DNA of 64,000 nt, from contig NC_058385.1 of assembly GCF_018350175.1 (NCBI RefSeq), forward strand, positions 60,574,001 to 60,638,000. The letters run 5' to 3'. The notes below the pieces were generated by a model. The model had not been told where the DNA came from and did no database searches. It worked only from the letters and a program-made list of their open reading frames with translations. Every line of letters begins with the position of its first letter. The first letter of the stretch is position 1. Both the position numbers and the translations under genes were made by a program. This DNA is from Felis catus (lineage: Eukaryota). Of the stretch, positions 62,201 to 64,000 are shown in pieces.

Positions 62201-63559
62201 CCTGCTTCCAACCAGCACCTTGAACTTCAAAACTCCAAAAAAAAAAAAAAAAGGCACAAGGAGAGAATCACTCGGGAAACAAATGCATTTCTCAAAAAAC
62301 ACTATTTAACTTGGGGAAAAAGGGGGGGATTCAGCAAGAGATAAGCATGCTCAAGGCTGGGAATTATTTGCTAGTTCGTTCTTTCTATGAAAAGGATTAT
62401 CTCTGTGGCCACAAATAAATTCCAAAGCCTCTGGTTCCATGAGAGCATTTTTCCCTTGCAAAAGGAGCAGTACTAGAATTCTACTTTACTGATTTACAAC
62501 TCTAAAAGGACTCTCATTGTAAAGGTTTAGACAGAGGGTCTTGTGCTTAAAGGGTTGATCAGATTTACCTATTGCTTTCTTTCTCCACCACCCTAAAGAA
62601 GAAGGTTTTCTGTAGGTTGTCAAATATAGACACAGGTTTAGGTCTTGGGAGCTGTACACTTAGGGTACATATCAGAACCAGAGGAAGTAGTTTCCATGGG
62701 CTAGCAGCATGGAGGAAGTTGGGCAAGCTTGAGAGTCCTGCTCTCTTAGACTTCATCTTTCCAGGACCTTGACCCGCATTATGTCACCCCTGAGCAACTT
62801 TAGATGATTTATGCTCAGTGGCACTGGCTCTTTCATTTTGTGTTTTGGGAAACAAAAGAAAAAAGATGTCCAAGAGAGATTACTTAGAGATTTGAAATTT
62901 TATTTAATGCATGATTATTTGCCTACATATGGCCTAGGCCTGTTTGGCATAAACTGCCAAGTATCTTAAATAGTTCCCAGGAAACTCCCAGCTTCAGCTC
63001 CACTGCCACGACTTTTCTGTACCATTTTAATTGTTCCAATAAGATGCTGCTAGTGAACAGCCAAGCACTGATAAACCGGTAATTTGCCAATCTGGATGTT
63101 AAAACCAAACAAGCAGTACAGAGATGTTCTCTATTCAAAGAAGAATGTTTTTCCAGTGGTCATTTTGTTTTTAACTCTTTCGCAGATAACATTTTATTTT
63201 GCATCAGTTTCAATTGCCAAACATGAAAAATGACAAAAGTAGGCCATTGGAGAGTGGCACTGTGCCCCCGCACAGGGTCCTAAGGAGTAAACAAACTTTG
63301 CTGTGGTGTGGTACAGTGCCAATTCACGAAGGAGAAGCCAAAATCCTAAACGATGCCTGAGCTCATAAAACTGTTCTTTCCCTTATCAAGATGAGGTTTT
63401 AGGCTCTCAGATTTCAAGGGTTTGCTTTGATTTTTATTTTTCTTAGACCAGCACATGTAGCTCTCACATGTTTTGCCTTGGGCATTAATTAATATGGGCA
63501 ACGAACACCTCACGTAGGAAAAAGCAAAATCAATTAACAAATAGGAGCTATTAGCTGCT

Positions 63560-63875
63560 CATTATATATGAGGTTCTAGTCTAGATGCTCAAAGAACACA
63601 AAAGAACAGGCAATGTGGCTACATTTTGAGTTGCTATAGGGCTAACTGAAGAACAGAGATGAGAGATAATAACAATAAAATACATGTTAAGTGCCAAAAT
63701 AGAGTCAGATAAACCAGTATTTGAGGACCTGGAGAAGGGTGTGGGTCATTTAAGAAAGTTGAGATTTGAGCTGAACCCAAGAGAGAGGAAAATTCAAGGT
63801 AGGGGAAAAGAGAAGATAGAGATTCACAGCAACAGGTAAAAATGTAAAAGAAAATCCTTGCTGAATCTGGCACTG
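63560..63875 (-). mobile_element. L2 LINE fragment
   Basis: taagtgccaaaatagag...gagatttgagctgaaccca...gaggaaaattcaaggtagg. Confidence 0.5.
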
Positions 63876-64000
63876 TAATAATTAGAGTTTTTACATATTT
63901 TTTCTTTTCTCTAAACCTGCTTGAAAACTATTTACATATGTATGCCCCTGAAGAAGGAATAGCCTTCAGGTAAATCAATACATTTGAGATTGACCACGTA

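Overview
Mammalian nuclear DNA, almost certainly from a cat-family (Felidae) genome: it carries 22 tRNA-derived Can-SINEs, including four young copies with feline-type diagnostic sequence, on a background of ancient eutherian repeats (MIR, L2, L3/CR1, MLT/LTR16/LTR33/MER21/MER74-type LTRs, MER5/MER20/MER44/Tigger1 DNA transposons). I find no credible protein-coding exon, RNA gene or CRISPR array in the readable sequence. The ORF track consists of chance ORFs, SINE translations and decayed L2 ORF2 remnants, so the window looks intronic or intergenic, and I cannot name the locus. The strongest signal is at ~13.4-14.0 kb. There a four-level transposon nest (MER21-like LTR > MER44 > Tigger1-derived element > Can-SINE) has been locally rewritten by almost purely A/T-to-G/C substitutions into a new CpG island with promoter-type motifs. 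Other observations are a triplicated SINE target site, an 18:4 SINE strand bias and several candidate regulatory motif clusters. All eight N blocks have lengths of 8k+4, which suggests algorithmic masking that may hide the most informative sequence. Repeat family names come from recalled consensus sequences, not a database run, and boundaries of old repeats are approximate.
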